Assembly: GCA_947479075.1 (NCBI GenBank)
Contig: CANJZR010000001.1
Coordinates: 1 to 35,680 of the forward strand
DNA length: 35,680 bases
Direction of reading: 5' to 3'
From: Planctomycetaceae bacterium
GTDB taxonomy: Bacteria > Planctomycetota > Planctomycetia > Planctomycetales > Planctomycetaceae
In this document: positions 18,426 through 29,795 of the stretch, one piece after another
How positions within the stretch are numbered: position 1 is the first letter of the stretch
How the letters are laid out: each line of letters starts with the position of its first letter
The notes under the pieces: generated by a model
The model's input: only the letters and a program-made list of their open reading frames with translations
What the model was told of the DNA's origin: nothing
Databases searched by the model: none
Made by a program: the position numbers and the translations under genes

Positions 18426-18929
18426 ATGGCCAGTTTCAATCGTGTGATTCTGATCGGTAATCTCACGCGCGACCCGGAAGTGAAATACATTCCGAGTGGT
18501 ATGGCTGTCGCTGAGATTGGCTTAGCGGTCAATCGCTACTTCAACGACAAGTCGACCAACGAGCGCAAGGAAGAAACCACGTTCGTCGACGTGACCCTCT
18601 GGGGACGTCAGGCAGAACTCGCTGGCGAATACCTTGCCAAGGGTCGCCCGGTGATGATCGAAGGCCGCCTGCAGCTCGATACCTGGGAAGACAAGCAGTC
18701 GGGTCAGAAACGGTCCAAGCTGCGGGTTGTCGGCGAAACCATGCAGTTCCTCGGTTCCGGCCCCGGAGAAGGCGGCGGGGGCGGAGGTGGTGGCGGCTCA
18801 CGCGGCGGTTCCGCTCGTGGCGGTCGTGGTCAGGCCCCAGCCTCTGGCGGGAACAGTGGTGGCGACGAGTTCTACTCGGGTTCATCGTTCTCCGGTGGTG
18901 GAGCTCCCGATGATGATGTGCCGTTCTAA
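18426..18929 (+). CDS. ssb: Single-stranded DNA-binding protein
   Basis: OB-fold N-terminus ([21 protein letters not shown]...), a Gly-rich linker and the acidic C-terminal tip DDDVPF. Confidence 0.95.
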   Translation: MASFNRVILIGNLTRDPEVKYIPSGMAVAEIGLAVNRYFNDKSTNERKEETTFVDVTLWGRQAELAGEYLAKGRPVMIEGRLQLDTWEDKQSGQKRSKLRVVGETMQFLGSGPGEGGGGGGGGGSRGGSARGGRGQAPASGGNSGGDEFYSGSSFSGGGAPDDDVPF

Positions 18930-18955
18930 GTAACGGTTCGATCCGCGTACAAACG

Positions 18956-18986
18956 AAAAGACAGGCTGTGCAGCCTGTCTTTTTTT
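18956..18986 (+). terminator. Rho-independent terminator after ssb
   Basis: GACAGGCTG (18960-18968) pairs with CAGCCTGTC (18971-18979). The inner pairs must open to form the loop. A T7 run follows (18980-18986), and AAAA precedes the stem. Confidence 0.85.
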
Positions 18987-19029
18987 GTTGGTAGTGGGTG
19001 GGGTAAACTGACAGCTCGCTGCAACTCAA

Positions 19030-19899
19030 TCAGAGTGCCCCACTGCCCGACAGCACCACGCGAATGGTGCGAAACAGGATCTTCATGTCATTCCACAGGC
19101 AGCAGTTCCTGAGATACATCAGGTCGAATGCCACCTTGCGGCGGAAGCTTTCGAGGTTGTTGTCATATCCGTTGACGATTTGAGCGACTCCGGTCAGCCC
19201 GGGCTTCAGACCCAGGCGATCCAGATAGCCGGGGATCTCGTCAGAGAGGTTCTTGATGAACTCGGGACGCTCCGGACGCGGACCGACCAGAGACATGTCC
19301 CCACAGATCACATTCCACAGCTGGGGCAGCTCGTCCAGCCGGGTCTTTCGCATGAATCGCCCCAGTGGCGTTACCCGGGCATCTCCCTTAACGGCGAACT
19401 GGGCCCCGTTCTTTTCGGCGTCGTTCCGCATGCTGCGAAACTTGTAGAGAGTAAAGAGCCGCCCGTAAGTGAATTCCTTACGTCGATCGCTGTCGGGGAC
19501 GCGACGTTCCTCACCATCTGGTGGCGGCAAGACCTCGACTCGTCGTTCAGCTCCGGGGCGGCGCAGATTCAATCCGACACGAGTCTGGTGAAAAATGACC
19601 GGTCCTGGTGAGGTCAGTTTCACGAGGATCGCTGTGAGCAGCATAACGGGTGAAAGCAGTAGCAGCATGGTCGTCGCAATTACGACATCAGCCGCACGCT
19701 TCATCACACGCGTTACGGGCTCCAGGGAATGCAGGTTAATGCGTGATTCCTGGTCACCTAGTTGTGTCAACCACGGCACAGGAACCAGATGTTCTTCGAC
19801 CGCGTAGTCGTACACATCTCCGAGATTCCGAGAGCGAACAGCCTCGGTCGCTGTCGAGGCTTGAGGAATCGGAGGTGGAGGAAGGAATTCCGTGCTCAT
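19030..19899 (-). CDS. Polyprenyl-phosphate sugar phosphotransferase (bacterial sugar transferase family, WbaP/EpsB-like)
   Basis: KRAADVVIATTMLLLLSPVMLLTAILVKLTSPGPVIFHQTRVG...YKFRSM...RLDELPQLWNVICGDMSLVGPRPERPE. The start is placed at the ATG at 19899 (MSTEFLPPPP...). The 81 codons upstream to 20142 are Trp/Arg/Cys-rich and look non-coding. Confidence 0.85.
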   Translation of the reverse strand: MSTEFLPPPPIPQASTATEAVRSRNLGDVYDYAVEEHLVPVPWLTQLGDQESRINLHSLEPVTRVMKRAADVVIATTMLLLLSPVMLLTAILVKLTSPGPVIFHQTRVGLNLRRPGAERRVEVLPPPDGEERRVPDSDRRKEFTYGRLFTLYKFRSMRNDAEKNGAQFAVKGDARVTPLGRFMRKTRLDELPQLWNVICGDMSLVGPRPERPEFIKNLSDEIPGYLDRLGLKPGLTGVAQIVNGYDNNLESFRRKVAFDLMYLRNCCLWNDMKILFRTIRVVLSGSGAL

Positions 19900-20214
19900 G
19901 ACTCGGTGGGGGTTGCGAGTGCGGGGGCTGTTTCCAGCAGGACAACTGATGAGAACATCAGCTATCGCTAGGGTAAGCCCACGCGTTCGCTCGATAAGGA
20001 ACAATCGCCACACCTCCCCACGCTTTTGGGGGGAATTGGCAGGCAATTCAGAAAAACCCGGTCGTAACGGCCATGCGAGTTCGCCTGTGGAATTGCATGA
20101 GGGTGAATGCCACAACTGGTTGCGAAAACGCCACACGCTCACGATTCATGAGGGGGGCTTTAGACAGCAGGTGACTCGACTGCTCTGCCACGCGTCGGGG
20201 AGTTCCCTTGCGAT

Positions 20215-21405
20215 TCAGATCCGGATAAAGATTCGCCGGCGGTACATCCAGAATAAAATCAGCCAGACGATCGCCAGCACTGCAATTCCGTGCAGCAGGG
20301 GCTCGTAGGCGGGGCCCGCCAACTCGAACGGTTTCTGTCCAATATGCCGATCCAGAGCAGCGCGGATCGGGCCGTACAGCACCCACTCTGAGCAGTAGGC
20401 CACGATGGAATTGCTGCCGATGACAATCACTGGAAAGGCCCATTTCTGGAATCCCAGGACATCCACGATGACATAGTAGCTGGCCAGAATCGCCAGCCCC
20501 CAACCTCCGGCAAAGAACACCCAGGCTGGCGTCCAGATCCGCTTGACGATCGGGCAGATGTCGAAATGTGCAGCTGCTAAAGCAATCCCGAAGCAGGCTG
20601 CACTCGCGAACACGAGGCCAGCCGCCTTGCGCCATGGGGCGCGATCGGACATCAGCCACTGTCCCGTCAGCAGGCCGAGCAGCATGGTTCCCAGTGTGGG
20701 GATGAAGCTCAGGGTGCAGTAGCCACCACCGCTATGGGTGAACGGGTTCGCGCGGGGGAACAGGTTCATCCACCACACGTCAAAGGCCCAGGCGGGGTTC
20801 GTGTTCTTGTTCCAGTGAGCGGAGAATCCCTTCAGGTGGTGCTCCCAATCCACTGGCACCCCGGCCTTGGCCCAGTCAAAGTCCGATCCGGGGAGCGGAT
20901 AGGCAGCGAAAAAGCCCCAATACCCGATCAGGATCCCCAGAAACGCCAGCAGCTGGACGATCCAGTTGGTTCGCCCCAGGAGGTACAGGAAGAAGTACCC
21001 CATCCCGATCTGGGTTAACGTGTCATCGAAGGTGAAGTTCGTCTGCTCTCGTCCCAGTGAACGCAGGAAAATCCCCAGGAAAATCAGCAGGAACGACCTG
21101 AGCAGGGCATGCAGGGTCATCGACAGATTGGACTCGCCCCGCTGCCGTCGATTTTCCAGAGAGAATGGCAGCACCACGCCCACCAGCATCGAGAACGAAG
21201 GCTGGATCAGGTCGTGCAGGGTGCAGCCGATCCACTCAATGTGCGACTGGTGGAAGGCCAGGAACTTCCAGGACGTGCTGTCCGGGAGGGCCTTGGCCAC
21301 CGCCCCCAGCCGCAGCACCTCGGCGAGCATGAGGAACATCACTGTTCCCCGGTACGCATCAACCGAAATGAGTCGGTTCGATGGCATTTCGGTTGTCGTC
21401 GACAT
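20215..21405 (-). CDS. Polytopic membrane acyltransferase, heparan-alpha-glucosaminide N-acetyltransferase-like (DUF5009/DUF1624, COG4299)
   Basis: The N-terminal RLISVDAYRGTVMFLMLAE matches the HGSNAT-type RLxSVDxFRG motif, and there are about 10 TM helices. The ATG at 21405 is preceded by GAGGAG on the minus strand. Confidence 0.75.
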   Translation of the reverse strand: MSTTTEMPSNRLISVDAYRGTVMFLMLAEVLRLGAVAKALPDSTSWKFLAFHQSHIEWIGCTLHDLIQPSFSMLVGVVLPFSLENRRQRGESNLSMTLHALLRSFLLIFLGIFLRSLGREQTNFTFDDTLTQIGMGYFFLYLLGRTNWIVQLLAFLGILIGYWGFFAAYPLPGSDFDWAKAGVPVDWEHHLKGFSAHWNKNTNPAWAFDVWWMNLFPRANPFTHSGGGYCTLSFIPTLGTMLLGLLTGQWLMSDRAPWRKAAGLVFASAACFGIALAAAHFDICPIVKRIWTPAWVFFAGGWGLAILASYYVIVDVLGFQKWAFPVIVIGSNSIVAYCSEWVLYGPIRAALDRHIGQKPFELAGPAYEPLLHGIAVLAIVWLILFWMYRRRIFIRI

Positions 21406-21694
21406 TTCGGCTCCTCTGCAACGCAGATCGGGGGAATGCATAAAGCCATACGCATGCCACCGATTTGACGCGGTTGGGCAACGGGACTTTAGGGAGAACG
21501 CATAGTGTGTAGTTTCGTCCCACTCTTGGGAAGTGGCCGCCCATCGCTGGGAAACCGTGCAGAAGTCAGCGCTCTCTTTTGACGAGACTTATCTTTTCTC
21601 GATAGCTTGCAGTTTCGCCGCAACACAGTTTGAATGAGCGCACTTGGTTCACCTGCTGACCCGAGAGCGAATTCCAGCAAACGTGGGGCGGTGA

Positions 21695-21943
21695 ATGAAC
21701 CTCGATACCGACCAGCGTGATCAGCATCGCCAGCAGTCTGTGGCGGTCGATTGGGTGTCTCGAGTCCTTGCGGTCTGTGTGGTCATGGTCTTGCCGGGAC
21801 TCGGCGGACAGTGGCTCGATCAAAAGCTCGGGACGGGTTATTGGACGGTTTTAGGGTTTGTGTTCGGATTCGTTTCGGGATTTACAGCTCTCATTCTGCT
21901 GGTGAAGCGTAATGATGGCGGGCCCAAACACTCCGGACGCTGA
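21695..21943 (+). CDS. AtpZ/AtpI-family small membrane protein (ATP synthase gene-1 type)
   Basis: An 82-aa protein with two TM helices and the GGQWLDQKLGTGYWTVLGFVFGFVSG pattern. It is the first gene of the atp operon. Confidence 0.7.
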   Translation: MNLDTDQRDQHRQQSVAVDWVSRVLAVCVVMVLPGLGGQWLDQKLGTGYWTVLGFVFGFVSGFTALILLVKRNDGGPKHSGR

Positions 21944-22445
21944 GGAACGTGGCGGAACAGATCCGAACGCAGCCTCAGTGGCGAAGACTTCACAGAATCA
22001 AATAGCCAGGTTGCCGTTCCTCCTGGCTCGACTGTTACTGCTGGCGGGAATTGTAGGGCTGGCCGGACTGGTTGCGTGGAACTGGAACGGGAAGAAGTAC
22101 GGGGCGGTGGGAGCCGAACTGGCGATCTTCTCGATGGTGGGTTGCGGGTGTTCGGCAGCGTTGGCCCTCTTGACGGTTGGGCTGACAGCCGGTGGGAAGC
22201 GGGCCTTTGCCGGTCTGCTGGTCTCTATCCTGTTTCGGACGCTGGGGCCTCTGGCCCTGGGAGTCGTCTGGCGGCTGATGCACCCGGAATGGTCGATCAG
22301 GAACCTCACCGAGGTTCATGTCTCTCTGTTTTTAGTGTCTCTCACGGTTGAAACCATTCTGGTGGTCGATATCGTGAGCAACTTCTCAACGTCCTCTGCA
22401 ATCTCCTCGGGGAAGGACCGCATTACGCGGAAACCGCATGGCTGA
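21912..22445 (+). CDS. atpI: ATP synthase protein I-like membrane protein
   Basis: A four-helix hydrophobic protein between atpZ and atpB. It overlaps atpZ by 32 nt and overlaps the atpB start by 8 nt (ATGGCTGA). The assignment rests on position and topology only. Confidence 0.6.
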   Translation: MMAGPNTPDAEERGGTDPNAASVAKTSQNQIARLPFLLARLLLLAGIVGLAGLVAWNWNGKKYGAVGAELAIFSMVGCGCSAALALLTVGLTAGGKRAFAGLLVSILFRTLGPLALGVVWRLMHPEWSIRNLTEVHVSLFLVSLTVETILVVDIVSNFSTSSAISSGKDRITRKPHG

Positions 22446-23430
22446 CCCGATTCTGCACATTAAAGATGCGTACTTCTTCGAAGTACCGAAATTCCTGTGG
22501 CGTCCCCATTACCGGTCGCTGCAGGATGTGCCGCAGTTTTTGGCGGACGCACACCCCGAGGCTGGCCTCGATGACTTCAATCACGATCTGGCCGGGAAGA
22601 TCATTATTCCCCAGCCGTTCGGCACATTGAAGAATCTGTACGAGGCTCAAAGCGGCTTCTGCATTTCCAAAGTCATGATCATTGAGGTCGTGGCTGCAAT
22701 CTTCATCTTCTGGGCTTTCAAGAAGTTCGCCGGCCTCATTCGGTCTGACAAGGCTCCGGAAGGCAAGGGGTGGAACGCCCTCGAAGGTCTGGTCCTGTTC
22801 GTTCGTGATGGAATTGCCCGCACAGCGATTGGCCCCGATGGTGACAAGTATGTTCCGCTGCTCGGAACGGTCTTCTTCTTCGTGCTCACCCTGAACCTCA
22901 TCGGCATGTTGCCATGGGTGGGTGCTGCGACCGCAGCGTTCTCCCTGACACTGACTCTCGCGACGTTCATGCTGATCCATGCGATTTACGCAGGATCGAA
23001 GAATCTCGGCGTGATCGGTTTCTGGACGAACATGATCCCGAAGCTCGATCTGCCGCTGTGGATGCTCCCGCTGAAGATCGTCATCTGTGGCATCATCTTC
23101 TTCGTCGAAGTGATTGGTCTGTTCATTAAGCACGGCGTGCTTGGCGTTCGTCTTCTGGCGAACATTGTGGCCGGTCACCTCGTGCTCACCGCTGTGATCG
23201 GCATGATCGCAAGTGCCGCAGCTCTGTCCCTGAAGCTTTGGGGAACTGTTGCTGTGATTGCCTCGCTGGCTGCAGCGGCGATGAGTGTTCTGGAACTGGC
23301 GGTCTGCTTCCTGCAGGCCTATGTGTTCACGTTTCTCTCTGCGGTGTGGCTTGCGTCTGTGATTCATTCACACGGCGATCATGGGCATGATGATCATGAC
23401 CATGGTCACGAAGCAGGACACGCTCACTAA
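22438..23430 (+). CDS. atpB: F0F1 ATP synthase subunit a
   Basis: The conserved LGVRLLANIVAGHLVL contains the essential Arg, and the C-terminal helix has FLQAYVFTFLS. It carries a soluble N-terminal extension of about 70 aa and a His-rich C-terminal tail. Confidence 0.95.
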   Translation: MADPILHIKDAYFFEVPKFLWRPHYRSLQDVPQFLADAHPEAGLDDFNHDLAGKIIIPQPFGTLKNLYEAQSGFCISKVMIIEVVAAIFIFWAFKKFAGLIRSDKAPEGKGWNALEGLVLFVRDGIARTAIGPDGDKYVPLLGTVFFFVLTLNLIGMLPWVGAATAAFSLTLTLATFMLIHAIYAGSKNLGVIGFWTNMIPKLDLPLWMLPLKIVICGIIFFVEVIGLFIKHGVLGVRLLANIVAGHLVLTAVIGMIASAAALSLKLWGTVAVIASLAAAAMSVLELAVCFLQAYVFTFLSAVWLASVIHSHGDHGHDDHDHGHEAGHAH

Positions 23431-23523
23431 CTGATTGCCTGACCCGGTCTGTGGCCTGCCTCATCGAAGTCGAGTGGCAGCTCCGGTCCAAGAACCACTG
23501 TTTCCGTACTGGGAGAGTTTGAA

Positions 23524-23811
23524 GTGAAGAACTGGATCCGTTTTGTTGTGACTCTGATTGCCGTCACCCTGGTCTGCTCGGCTCCTGCCATGGCAGCTGA
23601 CGCTCTGATCTCGTTCAGCGGCGCATTCGGTGCTGGCCTCGTCGTCGTTGGCGCTGCCCTCGGCATCGGCAAGATCGGTGCAGCTGCTGTGGAGAGCATG
23701 GCTCGTCAGCCAGAAGTGGCTCCGACGATTCAGCTGTCGCTGATCATCGCCGCCGCTCTGATCGAAGGCTTCACGCTGTTCGCCGTGTTCGTCTGTATGC
23801 AGGCCAAGTAG
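23524..23811 (+). CDS. atpE: F0F1 ATP synthase subunit c, with an N-terminal signal-peptide-like extension
   Basis: GAALGIGKIGAAAVESMARQPE forms the loop, and the ion-binding Glu sits in AAALIEGFTLFAV. The start is the GTG at 23524, with GGGAGAG upstream. Confidence 0.9.
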   Translation: MKNWIRFVVTLIAVTLVCSAPAMAADALISFSGAFGAGLVVVGAALGIGKIGAAAVESMARQPEVAPTIQLSLIIAAALIEGFTLFAVFVCMQAK

Positions 23812-23873
23812 TTTTCGACGACCTGTTGCGACACAGTCGCTTCGTCTCTGTCGACCTCGTGAAGGGTGAACCC

Positions 23874-24569
23874 GTGAATTCGCTTTCCCTACTGCTTCGA
23901 ATCGGCCTGGGCGTTGTGTTCAGCGTGGCCATGATGCCAGCGCTGTCCACAGCGGAAGAGACTCATGCACCGGCAGCTGCAGCTCCTGCTCACGCAGAGG
24001 GCGAAGCTCACGGAGCTCATGACGGCGGTCACGCGGAACACCACGAACACATCGGAGAAAAGGGAGTCAATAAGGAACCTCAAGAGTTCCGGACTGACCT
24101 CGCGATCTTCTCCGCCATCGTGTTCGGCCTGCTTGCCAGTGGCCTGTACTTCACCGCCTGGCCGAAGATCCTCGGAGCTCTGGAAGCTCGCGAAGAGGGA
24201 ATTCGCAAGGCGATCGCCGATGCGGAAGACGCCAAGGTGCAAGCCCAGGTCTTCATGAAGGAGCACAAGGGACGCCTCGAAGCGGTTGAGAACCAGGTCA
24301 AGGACATCCTCGCGGAAGCTCGCCGCGATGCCGAGCACACCAGACTCGACATCATGAAGCAAGCTGAAGTCGAAGCAGAGGCCACGAAGAATCGGGCCAT
24401 TGCCGAGATTAACCGTGCCAAGGACCAGGCGATCGACGAACTGTTCTCGACACTCGCCAGTCAGGTCTCCGCAGCCACCGAACAGGTGGTCGGACGAGCC
24501 CTGACCGGGACTGATCAGGATCGCCTGATTCAGGAAACAGTCGCCCAGTTCGCACGTCAGAAGGCGTAA
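23874..24569 (+). CDS. atpF: F0F1 ATP synthase subunit b, with an N-terminal extension
   Basis: A TM helix (LAIFSAIVFGLLASGLYFTAW) is followed by a long charged coiled coil (ALEAREEGIRKAIADAEDAKVQAQ...). The start is uncertain. The GTG at 23874 has GAAGGG 7 nt upstream; the track start is the TTG at 23826. Confidence 0.85.
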   Translation: MNSLSLLLRIGLGVVFSVAMMPALSTAEETHAPAAAAPAHAEGEAHGAHDGGHAEHHEHIGEKGVNKEPQEFRTDLAIFSAIVFGLLASGLYFTAWPKILGALEAREEGIRKAIADAEDAKVQAQVFMKEHKGRLEAVENQVKDILAEARRDAEHTRLDIMKQAEVEAEATKNRAIAEINRAKDQAIDELFSTLASQVSAATEQVVGRALTGTDQDRLIQETVAQFARQKA

Positions 24570-24631
24570 TCATTGCTGGTCCCTCACAAACGGCTCTGGC
24601 CGTCCGATTGATCGGTATCAGGAAACAATCC

Positions 24632-25270
24632 ATGGCCCATGCTCCGAAAGTCGCTCGACCAAAACACGTACTGGAAGATCCCAGCGCGCGGTCGATCGCC
24701 ATGGTTTATGCGGTCTCGTTTCTGGATGCTGCGAAGTCGGCGGGCGTCGAGAATCCTCTCGAAGAGCTCGGTGAAGTCCTCGACGCTGTGCATGCACAGC
24801 CTGAGTTCTGTGACCTGCTGTCATCCGCCATTCTGAATCTGGAAACGAAGCAGGGATTGATTGAGCGAACGCTGAAGCCTCGCTGCTCGGAGTTTCTCGG
24901 TCACTTCCTGACTGTTCTGGCCAAGCATGATCGGCTGGATCTGCTGAGTACGATTTACGACGAAGCCACTCAGGAATTTGAACGCCGTTCTGGCCAGCAG
25001 CGGGTGCTGGTGCGATCGGCAGTCACGTTGTCATCTGAGCAGCTGGAATCCATCCGGAGCCAGTTGAAGGTCGCTTTGTCAAAAGACCCCATTGTGATTC
25101 CTCAGGTCGAGCCTGCACTGCTCGGGGGTCTCATCATTCAGGTGCAGGACACCATATTCGATGGTTCCGTGGCCACGCGGCTCACGAACTTGAAACAGCG
25201 GTTGCGGGAAAGGTATGTCCATGAAATTCAAAGCGGACGAAATCGCTTCAGTTCTCCAGAAGGAAATTGA
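24632..25270 (+). CDS. atpH: F0F1 ATP synthase subunit delta (OSCP)
   Basis: OSCP-like over its length, including [22 protein letters not shown] near the C-terminus. The ATG at 24632 follows AGGA. The 3' end overlaps atpA by 56 nt. Confidence 0.85.
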   Translation: MAHAPKVARPKHVLEDPSARSIAMVYAVSFLDAAKSAGVENPLEELGEVLDAVHAQPEFCDLLSSAILNLETKQGLIERTLKPRCSEFLGHFLTVLAKHDRLDLLSTIYDEATQEFERRSGQQRVLVRSAVTLSSEQLESIRSQLKVALSKDPIVIPQVEPALLGGLIIQVQDTIFDGSVATRLTNLKQRLRERYVHEIQSGRNRFSSPEGN

Positions 25271-26762
25271 AGACTTTCGCGGACAGATCCAGACAGCTGA
25301 AGTCGGTCGAGTGATCGAGGTCGGTGACGGGATCGCACGCGTAGTCGGCCTCTCGAACGCGATGGCGGGCGAAATGGTCGAGTTCGCGGGCGGGACTCGC
25401 GGACTGTGCTTCAACCTGGAAGAGACCTCCGTCGGGGTCATCATCCTCGGCGACTACCTGAAGATTCAGGAAGGCGACGAGGTCAAGACCACCGGAGCAC
25501 TGCTCTCCGTTCCAGTCGGTGACGCCCTGATCGGCCGTATCGTCGGTCCTCTGGGTAATCCACTCGACGGCAAGGGCCCGATCGTCACCAGCGAAACCCG
25601 CCCCCTGGAGTACACAGCTCCCGGGATCGCCGGTCGTCAGCCCGTGAAGCAGCCGCTCCAGACCGGGATCAAGGCTGTCGATGCCATGACCCCCGTTGGT
25701 CGTGGTCAGCGCGAACTGATCATTGGTGACCGCAAGACCGGGAAGACCGCTGTCGCGATTGATGCCATCATCAATCAAAAGGGCAGCGACGTGATCTGTA
25801 TCTACGTCGCCTGCGGACAGCGGGCCTCGAACGTGGCTGCGGTCGCGGAAGCTCTGAAGACCGCCGGAGCGATGGACTACACCATCATCGTCGCTGCGTC
25901 GTCGGCCGACCCCGCTCCTCTGCAGTACATCGCACCATACGCCGGTGCTGCGATTGCCGAACACTTCATGTACCAGGGCAAGCACACTCTGGTTGTGTAC
26001 GACGATCTTTCCAAGCAGGCTGTGGCCTATCGCCAGCTGTCGCTGCTGATGCGTCGTCCTCCAGGCCGCGAAGCGTATCCTGGTGACGTGTTCTACTGCC
26101 ACAGCCGTCTGCTGGAACGTGCCGCGAAGCTGAGCGATGAGCTCGGTGGTGGATCGATGACCGCTCTGCCGATCATCGAAACCCTCGAAGGCGAAGTGTC
26201 AGCGTACATCCCGACCAACGTGATTTCGATCACCGACGGTCAGATCTACCTCGAGCCGAGCTTGTTCTTCGCCGGTGTTCGCCCCGCGATCAACGTTGGT
26301 ATCTCGGTCTCCCGCGTGGGTGGTAACGCCCAGACGAAGGCCATGAAGAAGGTTGCCGGTTCGCTCCGCCTCGACCTCGCTGCCTTCCGTGAACTTGAAG
26401 CGTTCGCCCAGATGGGTACCGAACTCGACAAGGCCACGCAGTCCCAGTTGGATCGCGGTAAGCGGATGATCGAGCTGCTCAAGCAGCCTCAGTACGCTCC
26501 TCTGCACTTCGCTGATCAGGTGATCTCGCTGTATGCCGGTACTCGCGGCTACCTCGACCACATTCCTGTGAATCAGGTGGCTGAGGGCGAGAAGGAACTG
26601 CTCCGCTTCATGCGGGAAGAGAAGGCTGAAGTCCGCGACGCCATTATCAAGACAGGCGAACTGGCGAAGGAAACCGAAGACGGTCTCAAGGCCGCTTTGG
26701 AAGCCTTCCGCACCCGGACGCAACAGACCGCTGCCAAGGAACGTGCTACTGCCGCCGTGTAG
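25215..26762 (+). CDS. atpA: F0F1 ATP synthase subunit alpha
   Basis: Walker A motif GDRKTGKT, with full-length alpha-subunit similarity. Confidence 0.97.
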   Translation: MSMKFKADEIASVLQKEIEDFRGQIQTAEVGRVIEVGDGIARVVGLSNAMAGEMVEFAGGTRGLCFNLEETSVGVIILGDYLKIQEGDEVKTTGALLSVPVGDALIGRIVGPLGNPLDGKGPIVTSETRPLEYTAPGIAGRQPVKQPLQTGIKAVDAMTPVGRGQRELIIGDRKTGKTAVAIDAIINQKGSDVICIYVACGQRASNVAAVAEALKTAGAMDYTIIVAASSADPAPLQYIAPYAGAAIAEHFMYQGKHTLVVYDDLSKQAVAYRQLSLLMRRPPGREAYPGDVFYCHSRLLERAAKLSDELGGGSMTALPIIETLEGEVSAYIPTNVISITDGQIYLEPSLFFAGVRPAINVGISVSRVGGNAQTKAMKKVAGSLRLDLAAFRELEAFAQMGTELDKATQSQLDRGKRMIELLKQPQYAPLHFADQVISLYAGTRGYLDHIPVNQVAEGEKELLRFMREEKAEVRDAIIKTGELAKETEDGLKAALEAFRTRTQQTAAKERATAAV

Positions 26763-26819
26763 TTGCACTTTCTGGAATTCTGACGGATCCACTGACAGTC
26801 GTATTCGAGTCGAACACCA

Positions 26820-27692
26820 ATGGCCAACTCTCGAATCCTCGTGAAACGCCGCAAGGCGGTCCGAAACATCGCCAAGATCACGCGGACGATGGAACTCATC
26901 GCTACCGCGCGGTTCAAGAAAGCGATGGATCGTGCCACTGAAGCAGCGGCGTACACGAAGAAGATCAACGAGATCGTGGCTGACCTGGCCGGGGCCAACC
27001 TGTCGTTCTCTCATCCGCTGCTGCAGAAGCCAGCGGAAGAGCAGAACGTGGCCGTGCTGGTCCTGACATCGAATCGTGGACTGTGCGGTGGATTCAACGG
27101 CGGACTTCTGCGACTGGCCATGGCCCGTCTGCGGGAGTTCAAGGCCGATGGCAAGAACATTCGGCTGGAAGTCTCGGGCAAACGCGGCCTGTCTGCGATG
27201 AAGTACGAGAAGATTGCCGTCGACCAGGCGTATACTCAGTTCGAGGACAAGCCGGGATTCGACGAGGTTAACGAGATTGCGTCACGCTTTGTCGCTGACT
27301 TCATCTCGGGCAAGCTGCACCGACTCGACATCGTCTATCAGAAGTTCCAGAACGCCGCCCGTCAGTCTCCCGTCGTTGAGACGATCCTGCCGATTGGCGA
27401 TCTCTCTGGAGCAACTGCTGGCGGCAGCAGTGGAATCGAATACGAGTTCCTGCCGAGTGCCTCGCAGATTCTGGAAGAGATTGTCCCGGCGGCGTTCAAG
27501 GCCCGGTTCTTCAAGTGCTTCCTCGATGCCGCCGTGGGTGAGCAGATTGCCCGCCGCGTCGCGATGAAGGCAGCTCACGAGAATGCCCAGGACATGATCA
27601 AGTCGATCTCCATGCAATACAACCGGGCTCGTCAGTCACAAATCACGTCGGAACTCAGCGAAATCATCGGCGGAGCCGCTGCTTTGGAATAG
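26820..27692 (+). CDS. atpG: F0F1 ATP synthase subunit gamma
   Basis: The N-terminal RRKAVRNIAKITRTMELIATARFKKA and C-terminal ITSELSEIIGGAAALE helices are typical of gamma. Confidence 0.95.
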   Translation: MANSRILVKRRKAVRNIAKITRTMELIATARFKKAMDRATEAAAYTKKINEIVADLAGANLSFSHPLLQKPAEEQNVAVLVLTSNRGLCGGFNGGLLRLAMARLREFKADGKNIRLEVSGKRGLSAMKYEKIAVDQAYTQFEDKPGFDEVNEIASRFVADFISGKLHRLDIVYQKFQNAARQSPVVETILPIGDLSGATAGGSSGIEYEFLPSASQILEEIVPAAFKARFFKCFLDAAVGEQIARRVAMKAAHENAQDMIKSISMQYNRARQSQITSELSEIIGGAAALE

Positions 27693-29296
<1,604 letters not shown>

Positions 29297-29363
29297 TTGA
29301 GAGCTGCGAGTCGCAGTTCTGCTTTGAGATGAGTCCATCCGGACTCCGATGTGAGGACTTGGA

Positions 29364-29765
29364 ATGATCGCTGCCACCGAACTTCGACTTGTGCTGGTCA
29401 CGCCAGAAACAACGCTGCTGGATCAGAGCGTCCGCTCGATCAAGTTGCCGCTGTTCGATGGTTCGATGGGCGTGTTGCCTGGCCGTGCCCCGGTTGTCGG
29501 TCGTTTGGGACGCGGCGAGTTGAAGTTCGAAACCAGCGAAGGTTCCAAGAGCTACTTCATCGATGGCGGCTTCATCCAGATCAAGGGCTCTGTGGTGACC
29601 TTGTTGACCAACCGAGCCGTGGGGGCCGCCGACATTGATGCAGCCGCTGCCCAGCGGGCTCTCGATGCTGCCAAGGCGCTGCCTGCGACAACGGATGAGC
29701 AGTACTCCACGAAGACGGCTGCCGATGAAGCGGCCCGCAGCATGCTGCGGATGAAGCGAATCTAG
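29364..29765 (+). CDS. atpC: F0F1 ATP synthase subunit epsilon
   Basis: LRLVLVTPETTLLDQSV...LPLFDGSMGVLPGRAP...GGFIQIKGSVVTLL, followed by a helical C-terminal domain. It is the last gene of the operon. Confidence 0.9.
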   Translation: MIAATELRLVLVTPETTLLDQSVRSIKLPLFDGSMGVLPGRAPVVGRLGRGELKFETSEGSKSYFIDGGFIQIKGSVVTLLTNRAVGAADIDAAAAQRALDAAKALPATTDEQYSTKTAADEAARSMLRMKRI

Positions 29766-29795
29766 TCGAGCTGGTTCCGCCTCTTGAACTCTCAC

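Noticed and set aside
19900-20142. An 81-codon N-terminal extension of the sugar transferase ORF.
   Set aside because: The Trp/Arg/Cys-rich sequence has no homology expectation. The conserved family begins well downstream, and an internal ATG at 19899 gives a normal-length protein.
21579-21607. A sigma70-like promoter guess upstream of the atp operon: TTGACG at 21579-21584, then 16-17 nt, then GATAGC/ATAGCT. A second guess is TTGACA at 34024-34029 upstream of the ceramidase-like gene.
   Set aside because: The -10 matches are poor (about 3 of 6), and promoter consensus for this lineage is uncertain. Neither can be supported as a feature from sequence alone.
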